Translations under genes and position numbers: made by a program
DNA from: Candidatus Latescibacterota bacterium
Lineage (GTDB): Bacteria; Latescibacterota; UBA2968; UBA8231
Reading direction: 5' to 3'
Assembly: GCA_965204725.1 (NCBI GenBank)
Contig: OZ242005.1
Location: forward strand, 3,648,001-3,712,000
DNA: 64,000 bases
The notes under the pieces: generated by a model
What the model was told of the DNA's origin: nothing
Databases searched by the model: none
Seen by the model: only the letters and a program-made list of their open reading frames with translations
Shown: positions 42,267-53,128 of the stretch, in pieces
How positions within the stretch are numbered: position 1 is the first letter of the stretch
Layout: each line of letters begins with the position of its first letter

Positions 42267-43349
42267 CTAGCCCAACCGCAACGCCCGATCCGCCAGCGGC
42301 AATTCTACCCGCCCGTTGCCCTGCCGATGCGACTCGCGCAAGCCAATGGCAATCTCCAAGGCTTCGCGCCCAAATTCCCCCGGGCAAATCCGCTCTTCCC
42401 CCTCCTCGATCGCCCGACAGACGCCCTCAATCGCATCGACCATGGACGAGCGCGGGTGCCACGGGTTGGGGAATGGCCGTTGGATCGGCTCGCCGGTCTC
42501 TGGATGCGCCCCCCACAGCTCGAATTGCGAGTGGGCGTTGCGCGAGACGATCATCCCGCGCTCGCCGATAAACTCCAGACGCCACCCATGCCCCGAGCGG
42601 TCGGCGCGGGAGTTCAGCAAGCCGCGCACTCCGTTGGCGTAGGCAATGTAGCCCGAGCCGGATAAATCCCGGTCGGCCGCGGCCTGCTCGTCGTCGTCCA
42701 TCTCGCCCATCACCCACTCAGCCGGTGCTCCGGCAAACAGCCGAAACAGGGCCAGCGTATGGCTTTGCAGATTCGACAGGCTGTGCGGGCTGTGGCAGAC
42801 CATGGAGCGCAACCGGCCAATCGCCCCTTCGGTTAGGGCCTGACGCGCCTGAGTGTACCAGCTATACCAGTTGAGATGACAGGCCATGGAAAGGATGGTC
42901 CCGCTTGCCTTGCAGGCCGCGATCATGGCATCGGCTTCGGCCAAGGTGCGGCACATGGGCTTGGTGGCAAAAATCGCCCGCACCCCGGCCTCGGCTAGGC
43001 CGATGACCACTTCGGCTCGCTCGTCGGGTCGCGTCGTCACCGCCACTAGGTCGGGCCGCTCTTGGGCGACCAACTCGCGGTAGTCTTCGTACAGGGCTTG
43101 TACGCCCCAGCGCCGGGCAAAGTCGTCCAACTTGGCTCGGTCCACGTCCGCCGCTCCGATCAGCTCAATGCCCCGCGCTTCGATCATGGCCGGAGCGTGT
43201 GCCCACGGCCAAGGATAGTGCGGCATCCCAATGTGCTCGTCGTCAATGGTGCTGCCCATCCGCCCGCAGCCGACCACTGCCCCGCGATACGTTCCACGCG
43301 GCCTCGTCGCCGCGATCTGTTTGTAAGCCGCGCCCAACGGTTGTGCCAT
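42267..43349 (-). CDS. Gfo/Idh/MocA oxidoreductase
   Basis: VGCGRMG, ATKPM; GGAG RBS before ATG 43349. Confidence 0.88.
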   Translation of the reverse strand: MAQPLGAAYKQIAATRPRGTYRGAVVGCGRMGSTIDDEHIGMPHYPWPWAHAPAMIEARGIELIGAADVDRAKLDDFARRWGVQALYEDYRELVAQERPDLVAVTTRPDERAEVVIGLAEAGVRAIFATKPMCRTLAEADAMIAACKASGTILSMACHLNWYSWYTQARQALTEGAIGRLRSMVCHSPHSLSNLQSHTLALFRLFAGAPAEWVMGEMDDDEQAAADRDLSGSGYIAYANGVRGLLNSRADRSGHGWRLEFIGERGMIVSRNAHSQFELWGAHPETGEPIQRPFPNPWHPRSSMVDAIEGVCRAIEEGEERICPGEFGREALEIAIGLRESHRQGNGRVELPLADRALRLG

Positions 43350-43538
43350 GTCGCGTCTCCTCTGAGGTGAAATTGCAAAAAGGGGGCCGATTAAATAGAA
43401 TAAGATGCGTACTTTGCTGCTTCCTACCAAGAGGAAGAAGGGAGCAAAGCACATCCACCTTTCCTCGACGTTGCCCATATCTCGCATTGTTTGGCACTAC
43501 GGCTCAGTGACTGATTTAGCAAAAGGAGAGGCATCCCC

Positions 43539-44357
43539 TTGACTACCTTTGACTTTCGCGGCAAAAAGGCCGTAGCGACCGGTGCCGGCGGTGCCATTGG
43601 CGGTGAGATCGCCCGTGGCCTTGCCCAAGCGGGCGCGGAAGTGGCGATCTGGGACATTGCTCCAGAGGCGGCCCGCGCCAAAGCCGACGAGATCAACCGC
43701 GATTTCCCCAACAAGGCCCTCCCGGTCGAGTGCAACGTCGTCAGCAAAGACAGTGTCGAGGCCGCGCTCGCCGAGACTGTTGAGTGCTTTGGCACGGTTG
43801 ACTTCCTGCTCAACGGCGCGGGCGGCAGCCACAAGGATACCACCACCTCCCCGGAGCTCGAATTCTTCGATATTGATCCAGAGGCGGTCAAGATGGTCAT
43901 GGATCTCAACTATCTAAGCACCGTCCTGCCCTCGCAGGCCGTGGGCCGCGTCTTCGCTGCCAACGGCGCGGGCGCGGTCGTCAATATCACCTCCATTGGC
44001 GGAGGGCTACCGTTGTCGCGGGCTTTGGCGTATTCCAACGGCAAGGCGGCCGCCGATAGCTTCACCCGCTGGCTAGCCGTGCATCTGGCCACGACCTACG
44101 CTGCCAAAATCCGCGTCAATGCCGTGGCCCCCGGCTTTATGATCACCGCGCAAAACCGCTTCTTGCTCCTCGACGAAACGAGCAGCGAACTGACCGATCG
44201 CGGCCAGACGATCCTCAAAAACGTCCCCATGGCCCGCTTCGGCGACCCGCACGAAGTCGTCGGCGCGGCTTTGTGGCTCTTTTCGGACGCAGCCGCGTTT
44301 GTCACCGGTGCCATCGTGCCGATTGACGGCGGCTTTTCCGCGTTTTGCGGCGTATAA
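43539..44357 (+). CDS. SDR oxidoreductase (D-mannonate oxidoreductase-like)
   Basis: [24 protein letters not shown]. Confidence 0.9.
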   Translation: MTTFDFRGKKAVATGAGGAIGGEIARGLAQAGAEVAIWDIAPEAARAKADEINRDFPNKALPVECNVVSKDSVEAALAETVECFGTVDFLLNGAGGSHKDTTTSPELEFFDIDPEAVKMVMDLNYLSTVLPSQAVGRVFAANGAGAVVNITSIGGGLPLSRALAYSNGKAAADSFTRWLAVHLATTYAAKIRVNAVAPGFMITAQNRFLLLDETSSELTDRGQTILKNVPMARFGDPHEVVGAALWLFSDAAAFVTGAIVPIDGGFSAFCGV

Positions 44358-44385
44358 ACCAATTCATTCAGATCAGGAGTTCACT

Positions 44386-46059
44386 TTGTTACCGGATATT
44401 GAAATCGCCCGCCAAACCTCACTCCGCCCCATTGACGATGTAGCCGCCCAGCTCGGGATCGGCTCCGAACACCTCGAACATTATGGCCGCGTCAAGGCCA
44501 AGATCGCGCAGGATTTCTGCCAGCAACTCGAAAACGCGCCTACTACCGGCAAGCTGATCCTCGTCTCGGCCATCAACCCGACTCCAGCCGGCGAGGGCAA
44601 AACGACCACTACCATCGGCCTGGGCGACGCGCTCAATCGCCTTGGCAAGCGCGCCACCGTCTGTCTGCGGGAACCTTCGCTGGGGCCTTGCTTCGGCCTG
44701 AAGGGCGGGGGCGCGGGCGGGGGCTACGCGCAGGTCGCGCCGATGGAGGACATCAACTTGCACTTTACTGGGGACATCCACGCTGTCGCCGCGGCCCACA
44801 ACCTGCTCGCCGCGGCCCTCGACAACTACATTCACCACGGCAATGCGCGCCGCATTGATCCCCGGCGCATCGTCTGGAACCGCGTCCTCGACATAAACGA
44901 CCGAGCACTACGCGATATTGTCGTTGGGCTAGGGGGAATCGCCAACTCCTTGCCGCGCCAGTCGGGATTCGACATTGCCGTGGCCTCAGAGGTCATGGCC
45001 ATCCTCTGTCTGTCCGAATCGCCGGCCGAACTCAAGGAACGGCTCGGCCGAATCGTCGTTGCCCAGACGCGCGCCCGCGAGACCATGCGCGCTGCGGACC
45101 TAGCGGTCCACGGCGCCATGGCGGTGCTGCTCAAGGACGCCTGTCAACCCAACTTGGTGCAGACCTTAGAGGGCAATCCGGCGTTGGTCCACGGCGGCCC
45201 TTTTGCCAATATCGCGCACGGCTGCAACTCCATCGCCGCCACCCGCCTGAGTACGCGCCTCTCCGAATACACAGTTACCGAGGCCGGCTTTGGCGCGGAC
45301 TTGGGCGCGGAGAAGTTCGCCAACATCAAGTGCCGCCAGCATGGCCTCGCACCCGACCTCGTGGTGTTGGTGGCCACGGTGCGTGCCCTCAAATTTCACG
45401 GCGGCACCCCGCTCAAAAGCATTGCCAAACCCAATGTCGAGGCGGTTGTCCGGGGCGTCGAAAACCTCGAGAAGCACATCGAAAACATCCGTCTCTTCGG
45501 CTTGCCCGTCGTCGTAGCGGTCAACGTCTTTGCCACGGATACCGACGCTGAGATCGAGTGCATCCGCGACAAGTGCGCTCCCCTCGGCGTTGAGGTCGTT
45601 CCCGCGGATCACCACGCTCGCGGCGGGGCCGGAGCCGAAGACCTCGCCCGCACCGTGGTGCAGGTTGCCGAAAACGCCCAGAGCAACTTCAAGCTGCTCT
45701 ACCGGGACGACATGCGGCTTTGGGACAAGGTCCGCACCGTCGCCCAAGCGATCTACGGCGCCGACGACATCGTGGGGGACAAGATGCTGCGGAGGAAGTT
45801 TAGGCGGCTGGAGGACGAAGGCTACGGCAACTTGCCCGTCTGCATAGCCAAGACCCAGTACTCGCTATCGGCCGATCCGGCGCTCAAGGGGCGACCGCAC
45901 GGCTTTGACGTGCCGATCCGCGATGTCAAGGTCTCGGCTGGGGCTGGCTTTGTGGTGGTGCTGACGGGCGACATTATGACGATGCCCGGCCTACCTAAGA
46001 AGCCCTCAGCCGAGTCGATTGACCTCGACGAAGCCGGACAGATCAAGGGGTTGTTCTGA
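44386..46059 (+). CDS. fhs: Formate--tetrahydrofolate ligase
   Basis: [47 protein letters not shown]. Confidence 0.97.
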   Translation: MLPDIEIARQTSLRPIDDVAAQLGIGSEHLEHYGRVKAKIAQDFCQQLENAPTTGKLILVSAINPTPAGEGKTTTTIGLGDALNRLGKRATVCLREPSLGPCFGLKGGGAGGGYAQVAPMEDINLHFTGDIHAVAAAHNLLAAALDNYIHHGNARRIDPRRIVWNRVLDINDRALRDIVVGLGGIANSLPRQSGFDIAVASEVMAILCLSESPAELKERLGRIVVAQTRARETMRAADLAVHGAMAVLLKDACQPNLVQTLEGNPALVHGGPFANIAHGCNSIAATRLSTRLSEYTVTEAGFGADLGAEKFANIKCRQHGLAPDLVVLVATVRALKFHGGTPLKSIAKPNVEAVVRGVENLEKHIENIRLFGLPVVVAVNVFATDTDAEIECIRDKCAPLGVEVVPADHHARGGAGAEDLARTVVQVAENAQSNFKLLYRDDMRLWDKVRTVAQAIYGADDIVGDKMLRRKFRRLEDEGYGNLPVCIAKTQYSLSADPALKGRPHGFDVPIRDVKVSAGAGFVVVLTGDIMTMPGLPKKPSAESIDLDEAGQIKGLF

Positions 46060-46238
46060 GAGGCGTTCTTAAAACTAGGGTTTCCGTTTCTGATTCGGCT
46101 TGGTCCTTTTTTGGCTTCCCGCCCCGTGTCGGGGGACGGGGTGGCGTTCTTTCGCGGGAAGGACGGGAGCCGGCTCCGCTGACGGGAACCGGCTCCACGG
46201 ACGGAGGCCGGCGGAACCGGCCCCCTGACGGCGACCGG

Positions 46239-46373
46239 CTACTTGAGCAGCAGCATCTTCCTTACGGCGTGGAACTCGCCGCCCGCCTGCAAGCGGTAGA
46301 AGTAAACCCCTGCGGATAGGCTTTGGCCGTTGTCGTTGGTGGCGTCCCAAGCGACTAGGTAGCGGCCGGCAGC
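46239..46373 (-). pseudogene. Third, C-terminal-only remnant of the large surface protein
   Basis: AAGRYLVAWDATND...RKMLLLK identical at protein level to 47596 and 53129 copies. Confidence 0.85.
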
Positions 46374-46581
46374 CAACAGGCGTGAGACTGAACACGCGTG
46401 AATATCTTGCAGCGGTCTTAATGTCCCCTCGGCGAAGAGCCTCTCGCACATCGTCGAGACGATAGGCGTCTTCAAGAGAAAGGTACGGGGACCATCCTTC
46501 CGGCTCTTCTAGTAGCTCTACGTTGACGGCTGCAACATAGTTTCCTTCGTGGACGAGCTTCGTCCATTCCCTCTTATTCAT
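46374..46581 (-). pseudogene. Small conserved hypothetical gene X, copy 1, 3' end replaced at a junction with the surface-protein remnant
   Basis: MNKREWTKLVHEG...FSLTPV near-identical to 51143-51358 but lacks the last two codons and stop. Confidence 0.75.
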
Positions 46582-46662
46582 TTTCGCCTCCGCTTGAAAG
46601 CGGCTGTATCCCTTTTTGTCGTCGCGTCGGTGACGTCGTGGGGGGGGGCCGGGGCGGGTGGA

Positions 46663-47400
46663 TTAGGGCAAGCGCAACAAGATCAGCGTCCCCAGCGCCA
46701 CCAAGCTGGTTACTTGCATTCCAATCAACCAGCGGGTTAGCACGGAGATCTCTCGCCGCAGTTCGTTGCCTTGCGCGTCGATACGGCTGCCTTGTTCGGC
46801 GATGGTTTGCTCCATGTGGTCAAAGCGGGCGTTGGTCTGCCGGCCTTGCGCGGCAATGGTTTGCTCAATGCGGTCAAAGCGGGCGTTGGTCTGCTGCCCT
46901 TGTTCGGCGATCTCTTGCCGCAGTTCGCTGCCTTGGGCGGCGATACGGCTGCCTTGCTTGTCGATGGCTTGCCGCAGTTCGCTGCCTTGGGCGGCGATAC
47001 GGCTGCCTTGCTTGTCGATGGCTTGCCGCAGTTCGCGCCCTTGCGCGGCGATACGGCTGCCTTGTTCGGCGATGGTTTGCTCCATGTGGTCAAAGCGGGC
47101 GTTGGTCTGCTGCCCTTGCGCGGCGATCTCTTGCCGCAGTTCGCGCCCTTGCGCGGCGATACGGCTGCCTTGCGCGGCGATCTCTTGCCGCAGTTCGCTG
47201 CCTTGTTCGGCAATGGTTTGCTCGATGCGGTCAAAGCGGGCGTTGGTCTGCTGCCCTTGCGCGTCGATCTCTTGCCGCAGTTCGCGCCCTTGCGCGTCGA
47301 TACGGCTGCCTTGTTCGGCGATGGTTTGCTCCATGTGGTCAAAGCGGGTGTTGGTCTGGCGGCTTTGTTCTTGGGTTAGGGGGAGGGGTTGTTCTGTCAT
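46663..47400 (-). CDS. Modular coiled-coil membrane-anchored protein, 245 aa
   Basis: AAAGGAG RBS; 7/11/18-aa QG-initiated modules; TM tail. Confidence 0.85.
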   Translation of the reverse strand: MTEQPLPLTQEQSRQTNTRFDHMEQTIAEQGSRIDAQGRELRQEIDAQGQQTNARFDRIEQTIAEQGSELRQEIAAQGSRIAAQGRELRQEIAAQGQQTNARFDHMEQTIAEQGSRIAAQGRELRQAIDKQGSRIAAQGSELRQAIDKQGSRIAAQGSELRQEIAEQGQQTNARFDRIEQTIAAQGRQTNARFDHMEQTIAEQGSRIDAQGNELRREISVLTRWLIGMQVTSLVALGTLILLRLP

Positions 47401-47440
47401 GGTTCGCTCCTTTGGTGGGAGGGTTGGTGGGGAGGTTTGG

Positions 47441-47501
47441 GTAGGCCGGAGAGCGGTTCGGCCATACTTGCAAGATAAGGGAAAATGAGGGGGTGTGTCA
47501 C
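47441..47501 (-). promoter_or_regulatory. Conserved promoter plus 5' hairpin of coiled-coil genes
   Basis: GTGACA-N18-TATCTT and GTATGGCCG...CGGCCTAC; repeated at 52945-53005 and 58860-58921. Confidence 0.6.
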
Positions 47502-47506
47502 GTCTA

Positions 47507-47545
47507 GAAAGAAAAATGGGGCCTCTGGCTGAGAGAGGCCCCATT
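47507..47545 (-). terminator. Intrinsic terminator of the surface-protein gene copy
   Basis: AATGGGGCCTCT/AGAGGCCCCATT stem followed by U-rich tract on minus strand. Confidence 0.75.
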
Positions 47546-47595
47546 GTATGAACTCGATTCGTCCTTCCCGCGTGCGCGGGAAGGACGGCGACTGG

Positions 47596-49802
47596 CTACT
47601 TGAGCAGCAGCATCTTTCTGACGGCGTGGAACTCGCCGCCGGCTTGCAAGCGGTAGAAGTACACCCCTGCGGATAGGCTTTGGCCGTTGTCATTCGTCGC
47701 GTCCCAGGCGACTAGGTAGCGGCCGGCAGCTTGGTGTTCGGCGACTAGCGTCCGCACGACTTGGCCTACTACATTATAGACCGTTAGCTGCACATCCGCC
47801 GACTGCGGCAGGGCGTACTGGATCGTCGTCGCCGGGTTGAAGGGGTTCGGGTAGTTGGTTGCGAGCGCGAAGGCGGCGGGGCGCGTTTGGAGCTGCATTG
47901 TTACGCTCGCGCCGAGGGCGTCCGTCACTGTGTAGATGTAGAGGGGGGAGCCTTCGGCTTGCGGCGTCCCCGAAATCGTCCGTGTTGCCGCGTCAAACGA
48001 CAAGCCTGCCGGTAACTCTGGTGAAAGGCTGTACGTCAGCGGCTCGGTGCCGCCGGTGGCGGAAGGGAGCGTGAAGGCATTGACCGGCTGGCCGGAGATG
48101 AACTCGGGGATGGAAGCACCGTCGGCGGCGGCGGTCGGGACGAGCTTGCCGGCGCCGAAGAAGACTAGGTCGAAGGTTATCTCGGCGTTGACTGTGATGG
48201 AGAAGGTCAACGTGGCGGAGGCTCCCGTGCCGTCGGCGGCGGTGTACGTCACTTCGACAGGTTCGTCGGTGGCCGCGTCGGGGGTGCCCGAAATCGTCCG
48301 TGTTGCCGCGTCGAAGGACAGGCCGGAAGGGAGGTCGGAGACGCTGTAGGCGATGTCGCCGACGCCGCCAACGGCGGCTGGGAGTTCCATAGCGCTGATC
48401 TCCGTACCGGCGGTGTACTCTTGGTCGTCAATTGATGTGCCGTCGGCGAAGGCGAGAGGGGTGGCTTCTGGGGGAAGCGGGGTCTCAGTGCCGTCGGCGA
48501 GCGTGATGTGGGCGGAGGCGCCGGTCAGGCCCTCAGCAGAAGCGATCAACGTGATCGTCTCGTTGCCTTCGTCCTCGTTGTCGGCGGTCGGGTCGATCAG
48601 CAGGGTGATCGAACCGGAGGTGGAACCGGCCGGGATGGACAGCGAGGGGTTGTACAACGCAGAGTAATCTAAATCGCGGGTGGCGGCCGATTCTGGGTCA
48701 ATGGAAAGGGTTACGGTGGCCGCGGCGTCGAGAGCCTTGCCGTCTAGCATGGCGGTGACGGTCAGTTGCGTCACGCCCGCGTCCTCGCTGAGGGTGTGCG
48801 GCGTTACCTCCAGCGCGAGGGCTGTGCTCGGCGTCTCGTCGTCGGCGATTTTGATGTCGGTTTGGGCGGAGCCGCCGGAAGCGGAGGCTTGGGCGCCTAG
48901 GTATTTGTTGCCATCGACTTCTTCGTTGTCGAGGGGGGTGAGGGTGAGCAGCGTCCGGCCTTGTGTTTCGCCGGCGGCGACGACGACGGAGCCGCCGATG
49001 ACGGCGGTGTAATCGGCGTCGCGCACGGCGGGGGTGCCGGAACTGGGGGCGGCAATGGTGAAGAGGATGGTCTCGGCTCTGGGGGCGGGAGCGGCTAAGG
49101 TTGCCGTCAGGAGGATGGCGGTGGTCTCGCCGTTCTCGCGGATGGACGAATGGGTCGAGGTGATGCTGGCGACGCGCACGGTGGCCGGTGGGGCCGTGCC
49201 GATCTCAAAGGTGAGGCTGAGGACAGCGGTGTTGACTGGGTCGGGCGCGCTGTCGATGACGGTGTACACGACGGTGGCGTCGCCTGCTGTTAGCGGCGTG
49301 CCCGATAGGGTGCGGGTTTCTGCGTCGAAGACCAGACCGGCGGGCAGGGTGGCGGACACGCTGTAGGTCTTGTCGCCAATGCCGCCGGTGGCGGCGGGCA
49401 GGACATAAGGCTCAATGACCGTGCCGACGACGTATTCAAACACGGTCGAGACGACATCGACGTCCTCGTCGAAAGCCAAGACGCCCGGCCCGGTCTCCGG
49501 GTCGCCGTCTTTTAGGGTGATGACGGTTGTGGTGACCGTCACGTCCTCGTCGTCATCATTCTTCACCGGGCTTTTTAGGGCGGTTAGGCCGATCTTTTTG
49601 TCGCCGCCCGCAAGCGGGGTAACGGACACGGTGGTTGTGCCGCTGATTTCGCCCGCCTCAATCGTCAGGCCGCGCAAGATCGCCGTGTATTCGGTGTCGC
49701 GGGTGGCGGCTTTATCGGCGTCGTCCACATCGCCGTCGGCGTCTGTGTCGGTGGTGACGACTAAGACTATGTCCACGTCCTCGTCGAAGGATTGGCCGTC
49801 TA
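47596..49802 (-). pseudogene. 5'-truncated paralog of the 1485-aa surface protein (constant region only)
   Basis: Near-identical protein to 53129-55335; homology stops abruptly at 49802; no signal peptide. Confidence 0.85.
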
Positions 49803-49886
49803 AACGAGAGGCTGCTGTGTTGGCATTTACCGCGCCGTAGGCATGACAATCGGATGGAGCGGGAGACTTACCGCGACCTAGAGACG

Positions 49887-51047
49887 CTAATAGTTCCTCT
49901 CCTCCCAAGCCGGGGGATTAGACCTGTTTCGACAGTAGAAGAGTTCGACGTGCCCACAGTTATCACAGGTGAATATCTTGAAGTACACCTGATCGTTTGC
50001 TGGCTTCAAGCCAAAATAATTTATAGTTTTGTGCCTGTCCCTGTCCGCAAATAATTGATACTTCCCGAAACCACAAACCCTGCACAGGCGGTCAAAATTT
50101 CCTCCCATTGGACCTGCGCCGAGTCTTAGGGCACGGAGAAGACTGTCGATATTCTCAAGTAGCAAATCAGCGTTTTCGAGGCAGTTCTTTTCGCCTTCAA
50201 CAATGCACTTATCGAGCAAGCCATTAAGAAGTGCCATTTCAGGTTTATCGGGAAACATCCTCTCAAGATTGAATTCTTCTCGGCGGTGATACCAAAGGGG
50301 AAGAAGCGGGGTACGGGATACCATTGACCAGATGGTCTTACCTAGTGAAAAGACATCGAAACTGGGTCTTATCTCTTCCATTCGCATCAGTACTGCCCAT
50401 GGTGGCATCCAGGCATGACTACCTACGTTTTCGAAGGTGTCGCTGAGTCTCGTGTGTTCTGGATCTTTGAAAAACACAAGGCCAAAGTCGCCGAGTATTA
50501 GTTGTTCACTCTCATCTACGAAAATGTTATCTGGCTTGATGTCGCGATGGACGAGTTCATTTCCGTGCAAGGTGGCAACTCCCTCAACAATCGGCCGAAT
50601 TGCAGTTAGGGTGCGTTCTACTTGACCTGTAAACTGGTCGGATCTGTCTTTTAAGGTCCCCTTTGGATAGTATTCTGAGACAAACCACTTCTCATCAGGA
50701 TTATGATCCACAATTTTCAGGAGGTTCGGATGATCAGCTTTCTTCATAGCCTCCAACTCGCGTTTTAGCCGTTTCTCTGCATCCTCAAAATTTCGAGCTT
50801 CATTCGGCGAGTGAAGAATTTTGAGTGCGCCGTGGTTCATAGGATTTTCAGCATGCACAACTTTGGCAATTTCTCTTTGCACCTGATCCTCGCCCGTCAA
50901 GGTCTGTCGTTCGGGGCTCAGAGCAAGGCCGACTGGTCTAGAGAGAGCAAGCAGATCCAAGTTGACTTTAGGCACGACATGGAAGACTTCTCCTTGTCCT
51001 CCTTTGCCAATGGATTCAATTTTTTTCCAACGTTCTTCGTACTGCAT
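49887..51047 (-). CDS. Hanks-type Ser/Thr protein kinase with C-terminal zinc ribbon
   Basis: GKGGQG, ALK, HRDIKPDN, DFG; CRVC...CDNC; GGAGG RBS; visibly AT-richer than flanks. Confidence 0.9.
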   Translation of the reverse strand: MQYEERWKKIESIGKGGQGEVFHVVPKVNLDLLALSRPVGLALSPERQTLTGEDQVQREIAKVVHAENPMNHGALKILHSPNEARNFEDAEKRLKRELEAMKKADHPNLLKIVDHNPDEKWFVSEYYPKGTLKDRSDQFTGQVERTLTAIRPIVEGVATLHGNELVHRDIKPDNIFVDESEQLILGDFGLVFFKDPEHTRLSDTFENVGSHAWMPPWAVLMRMEEIRPSFDVFSLGKTIWSMVSRTPLLPLWYHRREEFNLERMFPDKPEMALLNGLLDKCIVEGEKNCLENADLLLENIDSLLRALRLGAGPMGGNFDRLCRVCGFGKYQLFADRDRHKTINYFGLKPANDQVYFKIFTCDNCGHVELFYCRNRSNPPAWEERNY

Positions 51048-51142
51048 TTTCGTACCTCCAATCTTCAATTATAAACATATCCGTAGGTCAGGGTGATGTC
51101 AGGCTCAGGCCATACGACGCAGTTAAACGATGGTTAGCTGCT

Positions 51143-51358
51143 TTACACAGCAACAGGCGTGAGACTGAACACGCGTGAATATCTTGCAGCGGTCTTAATG
51201 TCCCCGCGGCGAAGAGCCTCGCGCACATCGTCGAGACGATAGGCGTCTCCAAGAGAAAGGTACGGGGACTATCCTTCCGGCTCTTCTAGTAGCTCTACGT
51301 TGACGGCTGCAACATAGCTTCCTTCGTGAACGAGCTTCGTCCATTCCCTCTTATTCAT
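51143..51358 (-). pseudogene. Small hypothetical gene X, copy 2, with TGG->TAG nonsense codon
   Basis: GAA GGA TAG TCC here versus GAA GGA TGG TCC in copy 1; complete 3' end LTPVAV*. Confidence 0.75.
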
Positions 51359-51489
51359 TTTCGCCTCCGCTTGAAAGCGGCTGTATTCTTTTTGCCGTCG
51401 CGAACGAATTGCTCGGCGATGCCTTCTAGCCGGCCGAGGCGGCGGTTATGGTCTTGTTCTTGCGTTTGAGTTAGGGGGTGTTCCGTCAT
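51355..51489 (-). pseudogene. Chimeric fragment: coiled-coil family N-terminus fused to unrelated tail
   Basis: MTEHPLTQTQEQDHNRRLGRLEGIAEQFV then RDGKKNTAAFKRRRK*. Confidence 0.7.
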
Positions 51490-51503
51490 GGTTCGCTCCC
51501 TTA

Positions 51504-51630
51504 CTACACGACACTAGCCGCTATCCTGCCAAGGATCGAGGGCATCTTGCTCTCGTCGAGGGCGAGACGCCCTCGATCCCGGATTTATCGAGAGCACCAG
51601 AAAATGCGTACGTAAAGCAGGTGTCGTGTA
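51504..51630. repeat. Class 2 REP element bounded by TACACGACAC / GTGTCGTGTA inverted repeats
   Basis: 10-bp inverted repeat around the REP; same left motif near 32195. Confidence 0.6.
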
Positions 51631-51639
51631 CGCTCCTTG

Positions 51640-52053
51640 TTACAAGCGCGACAAGATCAGCGTCCCTAGCGCCAGCAAGCTGATTACTTGTATTCCAACC
51701 ACCCAGCGCATTAGCTCGTCAATACGGCGGTTTTGCTCGTCGATTGCTTTCCGCAGGGTGCTGCCTTGCTCGTTGATTGCTTTCCGCAGGGTGTCTCTTT
51801 GCTCGTCGATACGGCTGCCTTGCTCGTTGATTGCTTTCCGCAGGGTGTCTCCTTGCTCGTCGATTTTTTGCTTCAGGGCGCTGCCTTGCGCTTCGATACA
51901 GCGGCCTTGTGCGGCAATGGCTTGCTCCATGCGGTCTAAGCGGGTGTTGGTCTGGCGGCCTTGCTCGGTAAACTGCTCGGTATCGACAATGCCTTCTAAC
52001 CGGCCAAGGCGGCGGTTATGGTCTTGCGTTTGAGTTAGAAGTTGTTCCGTCAT
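51640..52053 (-). CDS. Modular coiled-coil membrane-anchored protein, 137 aa
   Basis: Same N-terminus, modules and TM tail; AAGGAG RBS. Confidence 0.85.
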   Translation of the reverse strand: MTEQLLTQTQDHNRRLGRLEGIVDTEQFTEQGRQTNTRLDRMEQAIAAQGRCIEAQGSALKQKIDEQGDTLRKAINEQGSRIDEQRDTLRKAINEQGSTLRKAIDEQNRRIDELMRWVVGIQVISLLALGTLILSRL

Positions 52054-52109
52054 GATTCACTCCTTGAGTGGGGGGTTCGTGGGGCCATTTTAGGGCCGGG
52101 GCGGGTGGA

Positions 52110-52904
52110 TTAGGGCAAGCGCAACAAGATCAGCGTCCCCAGCGCCACCAAGCTGGTTACTTGCATTCCAATCAACCAGCGGGTTAGCACGGAGATCTCT
52201 CGCCGCAGTTCGCGGCCTTGCGCGGCAATGGTTTGCTCCATGTGGTCTAAGCGGGCGTTGGTCTGCTGGCCTTGCGCGTCAATGGTTTGCTCCATGCGGT
52301 CAAAGCGGGCGTTGGTCTGCTGGCCTTGTTCGGCGATCTCTTGCCGCAGTTCGCGCCCTTGCTCGTCGATACGGCTGCCTTGCTTGTCGATGGCTTGCCG
52401 CAGTTCGCGCCCTTGCTCGTCAATACGGCTGCCTTGCTTGTCGATGGCTTGCCGCAGTTCGCGCCCTTGCTCGTCAATACGGCTGCCTTGTTCGGCGATG
52501 GTTTGCTCCATGTGGTCAAAGCGGGCGTTGGTCTGCTGGCCTTGCGCGGCGATTTCTTGCCGCAGTTCGCTGCCTTGGGCGTCGATGCGGCTGCCTTGCG
52601 CGGCAATGGTTTGCTCCATGTGGTCAAAGCGGGCGTTGGTCTGCTGGCCTTGCGCGGCGATTTCTTGCCGCAGGGCACTGCCTTGCTCGTCGATACGGCG
52701 GCCTTGGGCGTCGATACGGCGGCCTTGCTTGTCGATTTCTTGCCGCAGTTCGCTGCCCTGCTCGGCAATGGTTTGCTCGATGTGGTCTAAGCGGGTGTTG
52801 GTCTGGCGGCTTTGCGCGACGAATTGTTCGGCAGTGCCTTCTAGCTGGCTGAGGCGGCGGTCGTGGTCTTGCTCTTGGGTTAGGGGGAGGGGTTGTTCTG
52901 TCAT
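52110..52904 (-). CDS. Modular coiled-coil membrane-anchored protein, 264 aa
   Basis: Same family; start at ATG 52904 after AAAGGAG. Confidence 0.85.
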   Translation of the reverse strand: MTEQPLPLTQEQDHDRRLSQLEGTAEQFVAQSRQTNTRLDHIEQTIAEQGSELRQEIDKQGRRIDAQGRRIDEQGSALRQEIAAQGQQTNARFDHMEQTIAAQGSRIDAQGSELRQEIAAQGQQTNARFDHMEQTIAEQGSRIDEQGRELRQAIDKQGSRIDEQGRELRQAIDKQGSRIDEQGRELRQEIAEQGQQTNARFDRMEQTIDAQGQQTNARLDHMEQTIAAQGRELRREISVLTRWLIGMQVTSLVALGTLILLRLP

Positions 52905-53010
52905 GGTTCGCTCCTTTGGTGGGAGGGTTTGTGGGGAGGTTTGGGTAGGCCGGAGAGCGGTTCGGCCATACTTGCAAGATAAGGGAAAATGAGGGGGTGT
53001 GTCACGTCTA

Positions 53011-53049
53011 GAAAGAAAAATGGGGCCTCTGGCTGAGAGAGGCCCCATT
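53011..53049 (-). terminator. Intrinsic terminator of the surface-protein gene
   Basis: Identical hairpin to 47507-47545. Confidence 0.75.
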
Positions 53050-53128
53050 GTATGAACTCGATTCGTCCTTCCCGCGTGCGCGGGAAGGACGGGAGCTGGC
53101 GGAACCGGCTCCTGCTGACGGCGACCGG

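Noticed and set aside
51070-51142. Integron attC site after gene X (GCTAACCATCGTTTAAC on minus strand)
   Set aside because: Only a left-arm-like motif; no complementary arm or GTTRRRY end and no integrase
51268-51272. Pyrrolysine or TAG readthrough in gene X copy 2
   Set aside because: The paralog has Trp (TGG) here; a simple nonsense transition is more parsimonious
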